A stretch of DNA of 64,000 nt from an uncultured bacterium (GCA_964482725.1 CAYZYT010000005.1:24133-88132); one strand, 5' to 3'; shown: positions 32,901 to 39,283, counted from the stretch's first letter. Made by a program: numbers and translations. Notes: generated by a model not told the origin, from the sequence alone.

Positions 32901-35114
32901 CAACGCTGGTGTTTTCATAGAAACAATCGGCCCACTAAACCCATTGGACCGATCAAGAATTTGCGCAAAATTTATAAACGACGGCTTGGTCTGGCCGGCG
33001 CGGTCAAGAAGAGCAGAGACGGACTGAGCGTTGAGATCTTTTTTTGTGATAAGTTGTTTGAGGCCATCGGTAAATACGTTGAGTTGGAATTCAAAGGTTT
33101 TCCAGAGGCGCTCGAGGGAATCTGCTTTGAACTTCTCGAGTTCTTTTCGGACAATATCGAGAATCTCATCCTTGCTGCGCTTGGGGCCCATGGCGGTTGC
33201 CGCTTCGGGCATGCTTTGGAGGACCTCATCAATGTACGGCAGGAATTTTCCGGCGTCGGTAATGCGCCCTTCCTTGGCAAGTTCACGGATCACATTGTCG
33301 CGCCAGACCTTCAAGGTCCTCACGCGATCCGGAATGGGAAGAGCCTCGACCAAGGCCTTTGCAGCATGGCGCATCAGCGCGTCAAAGTAGGTCGTCTTGA
33401 GATAGTCCTTGAACGAAACATCGCCTTTCATGACCTTGGCATAATTCTGACTTCCCGTCAGGGAGGCGATCTTGGGAGTCACGACCGCGTAAGAAACGCC
33501 TTTTTCTTTCAGAATGCGCTCAAGACCCTTGGTGTGGAACCCCCCGGCGACAACGGCGATGGTCTTTTGCTTCGCATCCTTCATCATCGCGTCGATCTTT
33601 GTCATGAACGCCTGGTCACGTTCCAGAGCCGCCTGATAAAATTCCAGCGCAGGCGCGAGGTTCTGCTTAAACGCAGGGTCCGATATCAGACCGAGGTATG
33701 CGTCCGGATCTTTTTGATATTCCGCAAGGGCCTCATGCGTCAGCTCGAGCGTGATCATTTCTTTCAGGAGGAAAAGCTTTTCGTATTGATCCGCGATTTC
33801 ACGCTGAGCCGGAGTCTTGATAAGACTAGCTTCCACTTCGGGAAGAAAACGCTGGAGCTCGTCATAAAGGCGGCTCCCTTTGATCTCGGAAAGAAGCTCC
33901 GCATGCCCGAGGAGCTTTTTGAGGGCCGGAGTCAACTTCACGTTCTTCCCATTTTCGCGTCCCACTTCGACAAGATATTGGAGCATCTGACCGGCGGTGA
34001 TCTGCCCGGTCATAAAAGCCTGATAGCGATTGTAAAAGTTCATCTCGACCTTCACGCCGAGACCCCTCAAATACTTCATCTTGAACTCATCCGCGATCTG
34101 GCGAACCAAAGGCACGAGAGCCTCCTGCTTGCCCGATTTTTCATAGCCGATCGATTCGATCAGACCGGGCAACTCCTGATAACCCGTAGCCTGGGTCGCG
34201 TCATTCTGACCTCTGTGCTTTCTTGCGAAAGCAAGATCAGAGGGAGGAATCTCGGCTTGAGATCCTTCGGCCTTTCCGGCCTCAGTCTGACGGGCAGTAA
34301 AAAGCCCCTTGAAATTCGAGAGGTAGACCAGAAGATCGAGAAGTGAGGCGCGTTCGGTAAGAAAATTCTCACGGGCTTCTTGAAATTCGTTCAGTTTCGG
34401 ATCATAGGCCTTGGCGCGATCGCTATCGAGCTTCCGCTTGAATTCATTCCATCGCTCAAGAAGCGCCGCTTTTTTCTCTTGGGCACGAAGATAAGCAAAA
34501 TAATTTCGCTCATACAAACTCCAATCCTCCATCCCTCGGAAATCGGTGGCCTCTTCTTGCAGTACCGCCGCCATCTCGGGGCCGGAGAGCTCAGCTCGGT
34601 TTTCATAGCCCGCGAGGATCTTGCGTTTCACGATGGAATCTGGAAATGTCCTGAGCAGCGTAGGCTCAAGCCGACCTTTGCCGCCCTCGAGCGCTGCAAG
34701 GCGGACACCGTAGGCTTTTCCAAGATGGCCGAGGATCTTCGAAATGTTTTCCTGGGCATCGATCACAGCATGAGCGTCTTGGATGAGCACGACGAACCGG
34801 CTTTCGCCGGTTCGAGACTGGAGACCCGAGACCGGAGACTGAAGACTCTTATTCTTGGAATTCTTTTGATTTGTTGAGTCGATAGTCTGTGGTCTGTAGT
34901 CTGTTGTCTGCGAAAGTGAAACTTTCGCTATGGTTCCCATCTCCACCGGGATCGAAAGTTTGTCAATCGACAAAACAGACGATGCAATCACATCTGCCGT
35001 GGCAGCGTTCGCAGGCGTGGTCCAGGTGACACTCGTTGCGGTGAAGACAAACGCCACAACAAGCGCCGTGAACCTCATGCCTCGACTGTGATTTTGATCA
35101 CTTCTTATACTCAT
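17925..35114 (-). CDS. Giant modular secreted protein 1 (5729 aa)
   Basis: 17.2-kb uninterrupted ORF; signal peptide; N-domain homologous to giant 2; two GHKL ATPases, RsbW-like ATPase, two HExxH domains, kinase-like domain; modules separated by R[SA][ED]xR. Confidence 0.93.
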   Translation of the reverse strand: MSIRSDQNHSRGMRFTALVVAFVFTATSVTWTTPANAATADVIASSVLSIDKLSIPVEMGTIAKVSLSQTTDYRPQTIDSTNQKNSKNKSLQSPVSGLQSRTGESRFVVLIQDAHAVIDAQENISKILGHLGKAYGVRLAALEGGKGRLEPTLLRTFPDSIVKRKILAGYENRAELSGPEMAAVLQEEATDFRGMEDWSLYERNYFAYLRAQEKKAALLERWNEFKRKLDSDRAKAYDPKLNEFQEARENFLTERASLLDLLVYLSNFKGLFTARQTEAGKAEGSQAEIPPSDLAFARKHRGQNDATQATGYQELPGLIESIGYEKSGKQEALVPLVRQIADEFKMKYLRGLGVKVEMNFYNRYQAFMTGQITAGQMLQYLVEVGRENGKNVKLTPALKKLLGHAELLSEIKGSRLYDELQRFLPEVEASLIKTPAQREIADQYEKLFLLKEMITLELTHEALAEYQKDPDAYLGLISDPAFKQNLAPALEFYQAALERDQAFMTKIDAMMKDAKQKTIAVVAGGFHTKGLERILKEKGVSYAVVTPKIASLTGSQNYAKVMKGDVSFKDYLKTTYFDALMRHAAKALVEALPIPDRVRTLKVWRDNVIRELAKEGRITDAGKFLPYIDEVLQSMPEAATAMGPKRSKDEILDIVRKELEKFKADSLERLWKTFEFQLNVFTDGLKQLITKKDLNAQSVSALLDRAGQTKPSFINFAQILDRSNGFSGPIVSMKTPALLPEPKEVVPVEVMEKPAVAVVSEERASSKAEEQAASAVEALDIKNPYGTVKGGREGNLEVVVFGLPDGTKHPFYVSKTLPKGSQGLSLVRVPESRMPDLMVYGIPTEGNLAIRGCIINSSLPRGLMRQLLDAFFALYPNANRTDPNMVIPAVIDKLVTEYGFKPPFDKDGKPMAPNAWVSKRPDSAGRRDLIFADAATMDFAVQNMLGTETASYNDFTVKDPGIVLSEVTYTPLYLKAALKRGDKIVSSAVIPEGRAETRSGIAPRSELRLVMGNDTIMKKNFEINGKINQNNGDPSRKNSYDVVLSQVPAVQGGLRVTKAGAVFDFENVVNYVTGRRNNGAQGLLVAYLDKGTEVYVHIPFAKFPGFDSTKTWPKEWMLTKKFLVEAHGKLAKDLGVQSRSEGRIISPVTSDETISHMEIVNGKVNGRSLTLDEVRHMVSRGLRHELNSRLMSLLGEVDASWWHPTSAPKQNSVTELQKLEIMRTDVVAMWNFLEAFMGDKKGPFFIAPYGGTQIIATSKMKSYEKGYEEDLSRRVPAELVQEAVGEAFDAYLLESKLSDLEIKIEKLHSAIAKGNASSTDVTWPILESAVEDLMKAVKLVCAHVATGEQISLDSTVVPREAVESALRNRDRIHPPELMQRSDVRGQGLGEAPLVRAEVRSITMPDWGQFWNWVSDRTLARSEKGRPASKEVKTRQAATDYRNDREGFNGPDMDHYVAAMTRLSEKNFTPSEKQDLLAHFGITASRAEKPEDRDKEDYDRILEALLDRGQTAADLDTILNGTYEDPRFQDKAIDGQNPNAPTQGLIEAVANSLDALGAGLGQFGKGVKQILAWLKGTGRDRVDVYTAQESGNVYKLTILQDTKGQSYIQVRKIRADMATRETGVDLKKGTLVRVTTGEKISEEAQAKLMNEIHRVFCYVPGMTIQTQYGNNKPDEVNGFKSKREIVPAGPSGYSREAARGKDVLIRSNGHSISVLDNGEGMNGRNIAFMFVPRQSQKSSKTVPIKLVGDEKRPRGEISFLRNGRAVATVRVPEDLEPTATADTGVMIELSTSVPIPDSWDKPRLPTNLQGKSKFKSAIEYLISSITDPKHPLTPEEKIRYVNTIIVGLEALVQGNPGYATTVNDLRLYAKNAMSALREELISKGYVFLPHDRAFAKVQVPRDKEGRERPVLYLDPALFDWGGVVSLQQIGGEPLPSRVVLDGKKVRLSFGGKALVIVPFTDESLKAIRDYRMTRKAILAAEDLPFFETEEMIALPDVPATRRLLELALMSWRAPEEEYEFTSLLEAVNILTSKQVVTDYEITKPKPHLEIQHVSQKEQLEPMAVAEQQLLDSVQAAKFLVTMPSDFSKPAAPVSQAPAKKSEGVPVQAGATQAQPSAMGVIPQDALQEFISLSSGNAPLELMDLSTGKRMPFSTLGLNKFSTPVSSSMRITGSRFLRKDKVNGKEFHAMTFQADVFGRYFVKVFALTREGDQIKAETVLEDFEGDVEFSPDNRFISNKVKGAGKAGDIYKVFDSRTGKTVWESGDPVTFRFLKSRLNRYVVAVPQTGWKNKVGAAITNIETQENETQENETRLELWRDEGEGVEIREIGNVIHLKPRNPKWYNRLIPSKARRGVLIMPDNSEIHDVPLVEENLPTSLIAAKDANGKVISVFYRGDREESYRRVGPEEAQRDIRGGRMTVLNMAAGKGRAFHKVLVSKNLSQEHHLVGGTFESHAGAFAHYEGDVDWNFETQRIQLSKNLADQLGVSPDTELPAKYIAESDYFLVHVPNAENKFDQVVLDPQTNSIFRYNMHHTSMLFLDRAAKKLHIDADGSFASVDAIKIKGEDSVETRSGYFKEFSSAGGKVYVVPDMGKAYLLTGQEVREIDIRVPEGMRLIDFDGRYLIFADTDFQATRYVPLDFSQGKPVEAKKEAAVEENLAPAVSSVPALPEEEVVPSREAKLAARREREARLAAALLKESEKFKSVVQGDTEWKAVSETGLKSQISKDGSVLVKWKGAVFCISENAGEFTLTRFKEDQLSQGMPVAAGGMHKIATDGKYFTVLYLQGFQYESSPEVLPAWGVSIKITPKSDQTWDFEAHGGEVAVKEAAAAAAQPALRELSEKDRILKEENRRPQFRATAPSEIPGGFVWGREWSEALMTPELMGRLEALPQGVFEYSSGVRGYYDGHSFFIISRKRGGGDSYAVHQTLMDKQTDIYGAFVGFSDNGLQLLFKFPKGSESQVPLGAPLSYADLQKLIAEAGPATPEAKPARDERDQVWAGTFIKGRESAPALRDRLSGDFRKAWTQGYWDTVPQRYRADVAAVLQPLITGIYEAEENAVRQKFLVTRAGESADYESEEMPFVRFAARLELLKNGLAQFLASDEAQIAMQKYETGRSYLANLFRGLFELASDSRDISLPEVTPDLFNGLGMGWSVKEEWQRDQNNFSKLQALIRSGGEQGERLAPDQAMRIVTYLSRLSARSREANTILMEQLARLESHPQYKTRMLSSLADLSEEQFQAYWDNPHDPKFALGDAVSYLEFLSARLDPVRVAERFVPAGEDFIPEGQKIGISQITQADAVREQKGRKVITPEETRDVIASGKLPKRDEKLETSNRLAVDRHESGAAVREIAQNSKDAMKTMGLSRGELEVDFYIQKGEDGESEFVEQTLDDSGGAEDPLALVIEKSTKADDLLRALTGMYGSGGKGPLYQDADRVEILTRRGGKAYYFEIKIERSDSGEVTDISLVKFRKITDLRPVNEVMKKDGVMTRRIKNVRNTIPELAQRISRRNWLIFTGLAVDEQFQIYFRNGEAARTPLALASETLSETEWRDPYATEPSDRVQGKFGILSVPATVRQVVDNAGLRVASLDESSRYVALIPPSLRYLIKQLNLVIRIPLPQVEGRGAFKREDIYLPWIQRYVAIEFYKALARKTLLIPASKDEPQFVFHGFPHDWLTDNRNGQIMRNLMFQYRVAALLRFLGILVFQKAYTIVHAANQINRGRYGRVSVNDLELFSGDAGTSDLDSVKRTEDMVKFVSLLRVPSPNEPNTQESLAGQMRAVSRAALLGSSVYTFLERIKSRLTGKSVSEVSNLPHIQEILSSNRSVTWAGLAVSILLGVLVIILWNVSGSAIGVAVGAAQSVLQGEFQREFWIGLTKLGVWALPLIFVFKRVLQTKPKTDDEKRLVDEVLQFAKPFGIKRVVFWPGWMGAAGLLIGNVFILNKDVVQELRHSGIDEKGYINKRSNLLAHETAHLLETVSAIQKGRLGRLLGKIAPWIFFAMVHDTGGFSHEPVGEFADAIKTAAAVPLLQFKGDVSAVQPEVLRSEIRKVSLKGVMLGVLAAVTLALGVGGTAAYVSAKMWRSVLYKVTQIIEVSQTYIGYVLHDSEKNALAPLKDIDQAYRRYARGKASLPEFIYIQEFVLSPDGLLDYVNAHEITAGESKVPTVEALLQRSDLKKLYEAYQNYHETPEAFEEMRQNPMTTPLILKVIDTMRARYPVFSFRFERVPFEVWKDRQSLGDIPWRGNPGYVLQGVQESGAGLRTEWYDQLTSWLRVRGANMWERELPFADLLAQIRAQAPDAFIAHLRGASHAIYDSLLANASKAYQSSELQIPMIQDEVARDIQDGKTVSQSKMAAFVLELQLDYVLAPLLNDLKENYSVFVNEIGPKLRSMILEEERSGLKDKNQRSLERIMIEGFRGEQAKSEELEAKKSVLVLQAEEVIAQSLSGAKLPAESVAAYNTAEKAYWKAYGDLQDCWINLAKSEGLISKGSAKKFIKRNRAIWDSPESKAGQLDSGVDAKVRNARMMLRSENRMNVTVSRGRADLTAAIRERTGSKAFQEFDLANPALIPAGAFADAVRAGSVLRLKTQGLSGKNKRFKELLPVLIRIGQEFDDAGLTLNGDGRYVVQELLKNALEHGNQLNLDMPVFLYVKLDGSKSKAIEFRTYDLAVKDQASSLDLGYAHDSWGKQGIGIDRIKARGWAYDRQPVPGGAEARVARSEGRSIAARYGQIRNSKKQTFDEIMISLHNQQKDSTVPQDLWAVDPRTGAESKRIIGQDPDYAKKLESMNLLQLDEELKLYTTGKGPRLESVSGFVIPASIKDPIERLKFFVDHLSEDGELPGVRGQRLQHYLDLGKAVKGILGMSIKIQDKKQIEKFEIFLREICIRWSEPLARSAARLETQRATRAELRAEPKISYALSAPDKQAIDKLFMDDEIQRMLRALPPQTTVYFVRDGNQTQMLRVKEDNWMVNLTLERFLAGKNRPEEVATGVDAWTPGVTLDPEGFIIVLRDDWRKESDAVNLWRLQHEISHILRVELVKQSDVPDEGVVKRMKEFMAIERLVRALQDHEVVSFQLGQPQPLIRSAEAYLKNSQDLADPGTSAPSTLIRAASYAMRYFFAQHAFEKAFPEREKTLRSELGKKYNLSDSEVAKTHAILDKTLIPLLENGDWIQEAPLMSAYRQFVDQMKQSFPEQQAPPAAEKRQENRRLSAETVRTKPSLGQGADSEVYQVEDAAYKIYRDISLKLLEFYQAVTSAVKTKLDQKEIGSVQIGGVDHKVVIEVNPILDVYEMEGKRLSRSPLIDGIWLRDLVAGNLDKVPQAGDLRLVCNAIAAPDRKVLGSIKTMLAGQSNEIMTSPIKINAEEYAVTGITLESSENVMLKLDPDGTIRLIVTDIASAIKYVGDSRPVEPASAKVRAELRVKLGGLLEVNPGNVAHGIQSAGSVEKYRAELRVRAVTQQAKMEKLIETRIVQFGKELDQYTTLQKVVSYIRSPALDQRLQELLGEFGDTTEFASRIRSRAVFNEESLSFDRLADNASQLNNAKIARDQAMLDVVAAGLVMNGKEPSFVLLMDRPGDGIAEEVLEMIKMLKPSRLMVYSGPGEKPFGRAWDKVASVMSLRNKNAVSRAVRSSSDLVVSFWTQDRGMDNLGIYSILAEVGRIADPRLRELALTAVRIAILRFATLEKETQNKILAKPALIRGYLEQFGIPAFIGFSSKGLVFNLERLVEEYTARQSVDQAA
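28185..28220. repeat. 15-bp tandem duplication in giant gene 1
   Basis: (cgtttcattttcctg)x2 + cgtttc; encodes ETQENETQENET. Confidence 0.85.
34200..34291. repeat. REP-like palindrome inserted in-frame in giant gene 1
   Basis: gtcattctgac...ggaatctc..gagatccttc...ctcagtctgac; same architecture as 9978-10058. Confidence 0.65.
34814..34910. repeat. In-frame inverted 7-nt tandem-repeat element in giant gene 1
   Basis: gagactg-type arm 34814-34847 vs agtctgt-type arm 34877-34910. Confidence 0.75.
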
Positions 35115-35292
35115 ATTTTATGTGCCTTCTTTCATTCAAAAAGTTGCCACCTAGTTCTATCCTAAACACGACCTAACTCATTCAACCGTCCAATATTCCA
35201 TTCAATTTACTCCAGGTTCTTTCTCTACTAAAAATATGCCATCCATTCATAGTTATTACAAGGATTTAAGAGCATTTATTTGATACATTTTG

Positions 35293-35337
35293 GCTATATT
35301 TTGCTATAGGAAGCTATAATTGCTATACATTGCTATG
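35293..35337. promoter_or_regulatory. Phased GCTATA repeats upstream of giant gene 1
   Basis: gctata at 35293, 35303, 35313, 35322 and gctatg at 35332, in an AT-rich intergenic region. Confidence 0.5.
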
Positions 35338-35422
35338 CAGCAAAAGTGAAAGTCGTGGCCTTACAGAAAACGAGGGCGCTACTGAATTTGGGGCAGGTAT
35401 TTTAAAAGGAGCTCAAACTGAC

Positions 35423-35518
35423 TTATTTTTTTCGCAAGACGCGGACAAAAGTAACGACCACCATAATGAGGATCACAGACCAGCTCAACGACATAAAGAT
35501 CCATCCAGAAAGTTTCAC
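35423..35518 (-). CDS. Small single-TM protein, possible NSS transporter small subunit (31 aa)
   Basis: Manual translation from GTG: MKLSGWIFMSLSWSVILIMVVVTFVRVLRKK, directly downstream of the NSS transporter. Confidence 0.55.
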   Translation of the reverse strand: MKLSGWIFMSLSWSVILIMVVVTFVRVLRKK

Positions 35519-35561
35519 GGGGCTTTACCCTCTCTACAAACAGGCGGCATTTGCGGGGTCA

Positions 35562-37133
35562 TTAGGGCACCCGATGCTGAATGACGTGCTTCCTCTGCCA
35601 GGCAATGCGCACCAGCAGTATCATAAGGGCACCCGCGCCCACCAGCAGGAACCGGGCAAACCAAATGTAGGGATAGTTCTCTTTCAAAACGCCCTTCATC
35701 ATCAGAACATTCCAGCCGTCCTGATACATCCAGAATCCAAGTAAAACGACAAGGTAAGTCAGGGTCACATATTTCATGATCGGCAGTATCCATTTCGGAA
35801 GCTTGATATCCGAGCCGGACATGATCTCCTTCCAAGCATTCTCGGCCCCAAAAACCCATATAAAGAGGATGAGCTCAATGATCGCGAAAACGACAAGCCC
35901 GACCGTGCCGATCCAAAAATCAATCTCGTTCAGAAAACCGTACTTCAGAAAAAAGATCACGGGGAGCGTAAAAAAGAATGTCATCCCCCCGACGATCAGC
36001 GCCGTGGCCTTGCGCGACAGCTTGAACTCCTCCTGAAAAAACGCCATGAGAGGCTGAGCCAGCGCGACCGAGGAAGTGATCCCGGCCAGAAAAAGCAGAA
36101 AGAACCAGATCGTTCCGAATAAAGGGCCGAACGCCATTTTCTGGAAGATAAGCGGCAAGGCAAAAAACCCGAGGTCAAAGGCTCCTCCAGCGGCGATCTG
36201 CTGGGTTTGAGCCAAACCGAAGAACGCGACGACCACAGGGATCGCGATCGACCCTCCCAGGATCACCTCGCAAAACTCGTTGGTCGAACACGTTGCCAAA
36301 CCCGAAAGAACAACGTCGTCTTTTTCTTTCAAATAGCTCGCATAGGTTTGGATCGCCCCCACGCCGATACTCAAGGTAAAAAAGACCTGCCCTGTCGCGG
36401 CAAGCCAGACCTTGCTTTGCTTGAGGATACTAAAATCCGGATTCCAGATGAAACCAAAACCGTTCAAGATGTTGCGCTCCGGAAAATTCGGGTCGGGCGT
36501 TCCGATGCACAGGACCTTAATGACAAGGATGATCCCACAAAGGCAGATCAGCGGCATGGCGACCTTGGCCAGCAACTCGATCCCTTTGGTGACCCCTCGG
36601 GAGATGATCCCCATCACGCAAAAATGCGTGATGCAGAAAAAAAGAAAAGCCGTCCAGATATTTGCAAAATAGAAATTAGAGGTCTTCCCCTGATAGGCGC
36701 CTAAAAAATCGACCATCCCCCGATAATCGGGCACCGCAAGATATTTCCCCGTGAACGAGAAGACGCTGTAGGCAAGCGTCCAAGAGACAATATAGTTGTA
36801 ATAGACCACGAGAATGAACGGCAACGCGAGCCCGAGCGCGCCAACATACTTCGCCAGCGGATGCTTCCAGAGATAATGAAACATCCCGGGGGTCGTCCCA
36901 TGCCCATATTTACCCCCGAAGCGGCCGATCCCCCATTCGATCCATACCAGCGGAATACCCAGCACGATCAGTGCGACGAAATAAGGGATCATGAACGCAC
37001 CGCCCCCGTTGCTAGCACACTGAACGGGAAAGCGGAGAAAATTACCAAGGCCCACGGCATTCGCGGCCATGGCGAGGATGAGACCCATCCGGGTCCCCCA
37101 TCGTTCCCGAGGTTTGGGGAGATGTTGGTTCAT
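35562..37133 (-). CDS. Sodium-dependent transporter, NSS/SNF family
   Basis: RERW, AVGLGNFLRFP, GGGAFMIPY, GQVFFTLS, AGITSS. Confidence 0.95.
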   Translation of the reverse strand: MNQHLPKPRERWGTRMGLILAMAANAVGLGNFLRFPVQCASNGGGAFMIPYFVALIVLGIPLVWIEWGIGRFGGKYGHGTTPGMFHYLWKHPLAKYVGALGLALPFILVVYYNYIVSWTLAYSVFSFTGKYLAVPDYRGMVDFLGAYQGKTSNFYFANIWTAFLFFCITHFCVMGIISRGVTKGIELLAKVAMPLICLCGIILVIKVLCIGTPDPNFPERNILNGFGFIWNPDFSILKQSKVWLAATGQVFFTLSIGVGAIQTYASYLKEKDDVVLSGLATCSTNEFCEVILGGSIAIPVVVAFFGLAQTQQIAAGGAFDLGFFALPLIFQKMAFGPLFGTIWFFLLFLAGITSSVALAQPLMAFFQEEFKLSRKATALIVGGMTFFFTLPVIFFLKYGFLNEIDFWIGTVGLVVFAIIELILFIWVFGAENAWKEIMSGSDIKLPKWILPIMKYVTLTYLVVLLGFWMYQDGWNVLMMKGVLKENYPYIWFARFLLVGAGALMILLVRIAWQRKHVIQHRVP

Positions 37134-37207
37134 ATCGAGAGTCTGAGGGAGTGAAGAAATTCAAACACAACGAAAGCTCTAAAAAACATCTTGAGAACTA
37201 CCCGCGC

Positions 37208-37420
37208 CTACCGAACCTTCCGCACATGATATTTATTTTTGATGTTCGACTCAAAAAACCGGCCGTGGGAGGGGGCCGTCAGAAATTCCTGATAGACGGT
37301 CTCGGGGACATTCTCATACTGGTAGATCGAACCGACAATAAACTCCACCTGAAGCATATTACGTTTATGCTCATACCCAATCCATTCAATCTCCCGCGAT
37401 AAGACCATGTTATTAATCAT
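37208..37420 (-). CDS. KTSC domain protein
   Basis: IGY...LQVEF..GSIYQYENVP...FLTAPSHGRFF..NIK; GGGGG RBS before ATG 37420. Confidence 0.88.
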   Translation of the reverse strand: MINNMVLSREIEWIGYEHKRNMLQVEFIVGSIYQYENVPETVYQEFLTAPSHGRFFESNIKNKYHVRKVR

Positions 37421-37692
37421 TGTGTCCCCCTTTGTTGCTAGTATTAACGGACAAAATGAAAAGAATCTTGAATTTTTTCCGCATTTTTTCATAAAATTTT
37501 TCAAGATACACCCCTCCCCTTGCATAAAAATCTGAAACATTGCCAAAATTCAAATTCTGTAAACTCAAAACCGGGCTTAGACCCTTGGGATGTCGGGTTT
37601 GAGATGGGTTTCGAACTTCGAGTTTCGACATTCGCATTTTAAAAGTCCGCACACCCCTCGCCTTGAAATAAAGACGACCGACATACCGGCCT

Positions 37693-37908
37693 TCAGGAAT
37701 TCGGGTGTCTTCGAGGATTTTCAAGCAAAACGCGTATCTCTGCATCAAGCGCTCCGAATTCTTTGGCGATCGAAATGAAATCGGCGCAGTCTTCGTACCG
37801 CTCCGAGATCAATGCCTCTCTGAGATAGATCAGCGCGGTCAGCTTCACAGGATCCCGAGCTCTCAGCCTGTACCTCACTATGCCGATCGTGCTTATTGTC
37901 GGGTTCAT
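37693..37908 (-). CDS. Small hypothetical protein (71 aa) with UVR-like segment
   Basis: AGAGGAG RBS; LREALISERYEDCA resembles the UvrB/C coiled-coil motif. Confidence 0.6.
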   Translation of the reverse strand: MNPTISTIGIVRYRLRARDPVKLTALIYLREALISERYEDCADFISIAKEFGALDAEIRVLLENPRRHPNS

Positions 37909-38037
37909 GTTCACTCCTCCTCTTGTTTTTTGGTTTTTGTTCACTGCTCTTGCTTCTATATGATGCCGGGGACATCCATCCGCCACACAATGCGGCGGAT
38001 TCGTCCTGCTCTTCCTTGAGTACGGGCTGCGCAGGCG

Positions 38038-38080
38038 AAAAAAAAAGCCCATGACCGCTATTGCGATCATGGGCTTTTGA
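38038..38080 (-). terminator. Intrinsic terminator in the leader of the 71-aa gene
   Basis: Stem aaaagcccatga/tcatgggctttt followed by U9 on the minus strand. Confidence 0.8.
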
Positions 38081-38409
38081 ATGATTCCGTTTTATTCTAC
38101 TACCGACCTACGCTAGATCCTCCCGAGCGTCCCTCAAAAGCCCACGGCCACAAACCGCATGGCGACCCTTCGTGGACAGAAACCACGCCTGCGCCATGAC
38201 GATTGTCATGGGATATTTCGCTAAGCTATGGATCTGATTGAGGTTCCGCTTTTTCATAATTTTCCTTTGTTTGAATCTACAAAGCGAATGTAACAGATTT
38301 CAGGGATTTGTCAATCCTTCGACGCCTCCGCCAGGGAGACGGAGATTGCTCAGACTTGACCCTGAGCGTTTTTTGTCGAAGGGGTCAATCGCTCCCAATG
38401 TGAGCTCCT

Positions 38410-39222
38410 TTAATAGGCCCTGATCCGACGTTTGAATTCGTTCCAGGGAAAAAATTTTCCGGGGCATTCCGTCGCAGCGCCAGGCACATCGCGATGCCCG
38501 ACAACGTTCTGATCGGGAATGTTATAAAAGCTCTGAAGGGTCACAACCAAAAAAACCAACGAGTCATACATCTTATCGGGAAGACCCGTCTCGCTATAAT
38601 TGCCCACGACACATATCCCGATCGCTTTCTTGTTCCAATCCCCCTGCTTGGTATGCGCCCCATCCGATTGCTTCAGCCAGCGAGGACCGACTTCGATCTG
38701 CCCCATCGCCTTTCCGCGGGTGCCGTTATCGATCAGAAAATCATATCCCATTCCGTTATCCCATCCTCGCTGAAGATGAAGTTGGTCGATTTTGAAGGCG
38801 CTGCCTTGGTCGGTTGCCGTGTGATGGATCACGACATGCGTCCACCTCGTGGTCGGATAAAGCGGGATGTTTGCCCGAGGGCCCCGCGTATTCGGGATCA
38901 AAAGCTTCATCCCCTTTTTGAGCTGCGTCTTGCTCGTTAAATGATTGACGCGCATGATCGTTGCCATATCCACACTGTAGATCGTTGAGATGCGCCAGAG
39001 AGTCTCGTAGGGTCCAACTTCATGATAGATGTCGTGCAGAGCTCCCGACGGAGCCGGAAGCACCGTCGTGATGGCAGAGACCGGTCGCGGAGACAGATAC
39101 GTCGTCGTACGACTCGGAGAGGATGAAGCGCAGCCAGAAAGAAAGCTCGCACCTGCTAAAAGGACGATCACCGCCCAGGCTGGCATGCTCGGAGATCTGC
39201 TTGCGGCTATTTGTGGAAACAC
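38410..39222 (-). CDS. LysM + N-acetylmuramoyl-L-alanine amidase (Amidase_2), probable lipoprotein
   Basis: LSGC lipobox; LysM HEV..ETLWRIS; VIHHT, GYDFLI, GAH, IGIC, GHRD..TECPG. Confidence 0.9.
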   Translation of the reverse strand: MFPQIAASRSPSMPAWAVIVLLAGASFLSGCASSSPSRTTTYLSPRPVSAITTVLPAPSGALHDIYHEVGPYETLWRISTIYSVDMATIMRVNHLTSKTQLKKGMKLLIPNTRGPRANIPLYPTTRWTHVVIHHTATDQGSAFKIDQLHLQRGWDNGMGYDFLIDNGTRGKAMGQIEVGPRWLKQSDGAHTKQGDWNKKAIGICVVGNYSETGLPDKMYDSLVFLVVTLQSFYNIPDQNVVGHRDVPGAATECPGKFFPWNEFKRRIRAY

Positions 39223-39283
39223 TTATGAGACCTTCATAGCTATTTATTTACGCCCAAAAACCCCTGAGCTTGAGCCTGATTTT

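Noticed and set aside
29910-34346. Long plus-strand ORFs (523 aa, 514 aa) and many similar antisense ORFs across the window
   Set aside because: They lie opposite well-supported genes, lack recognisable motifs, and are the expected shadow frames in moderately GC-rich DNA
17925-35114. Inteins, RTX or RHS repeats, or NRPS/PKS as an explanation for giant size
   Set aside because: No intein C...HN splice motifs, GGxGxD or YD repeats, or A/C/KS domain signatures seen
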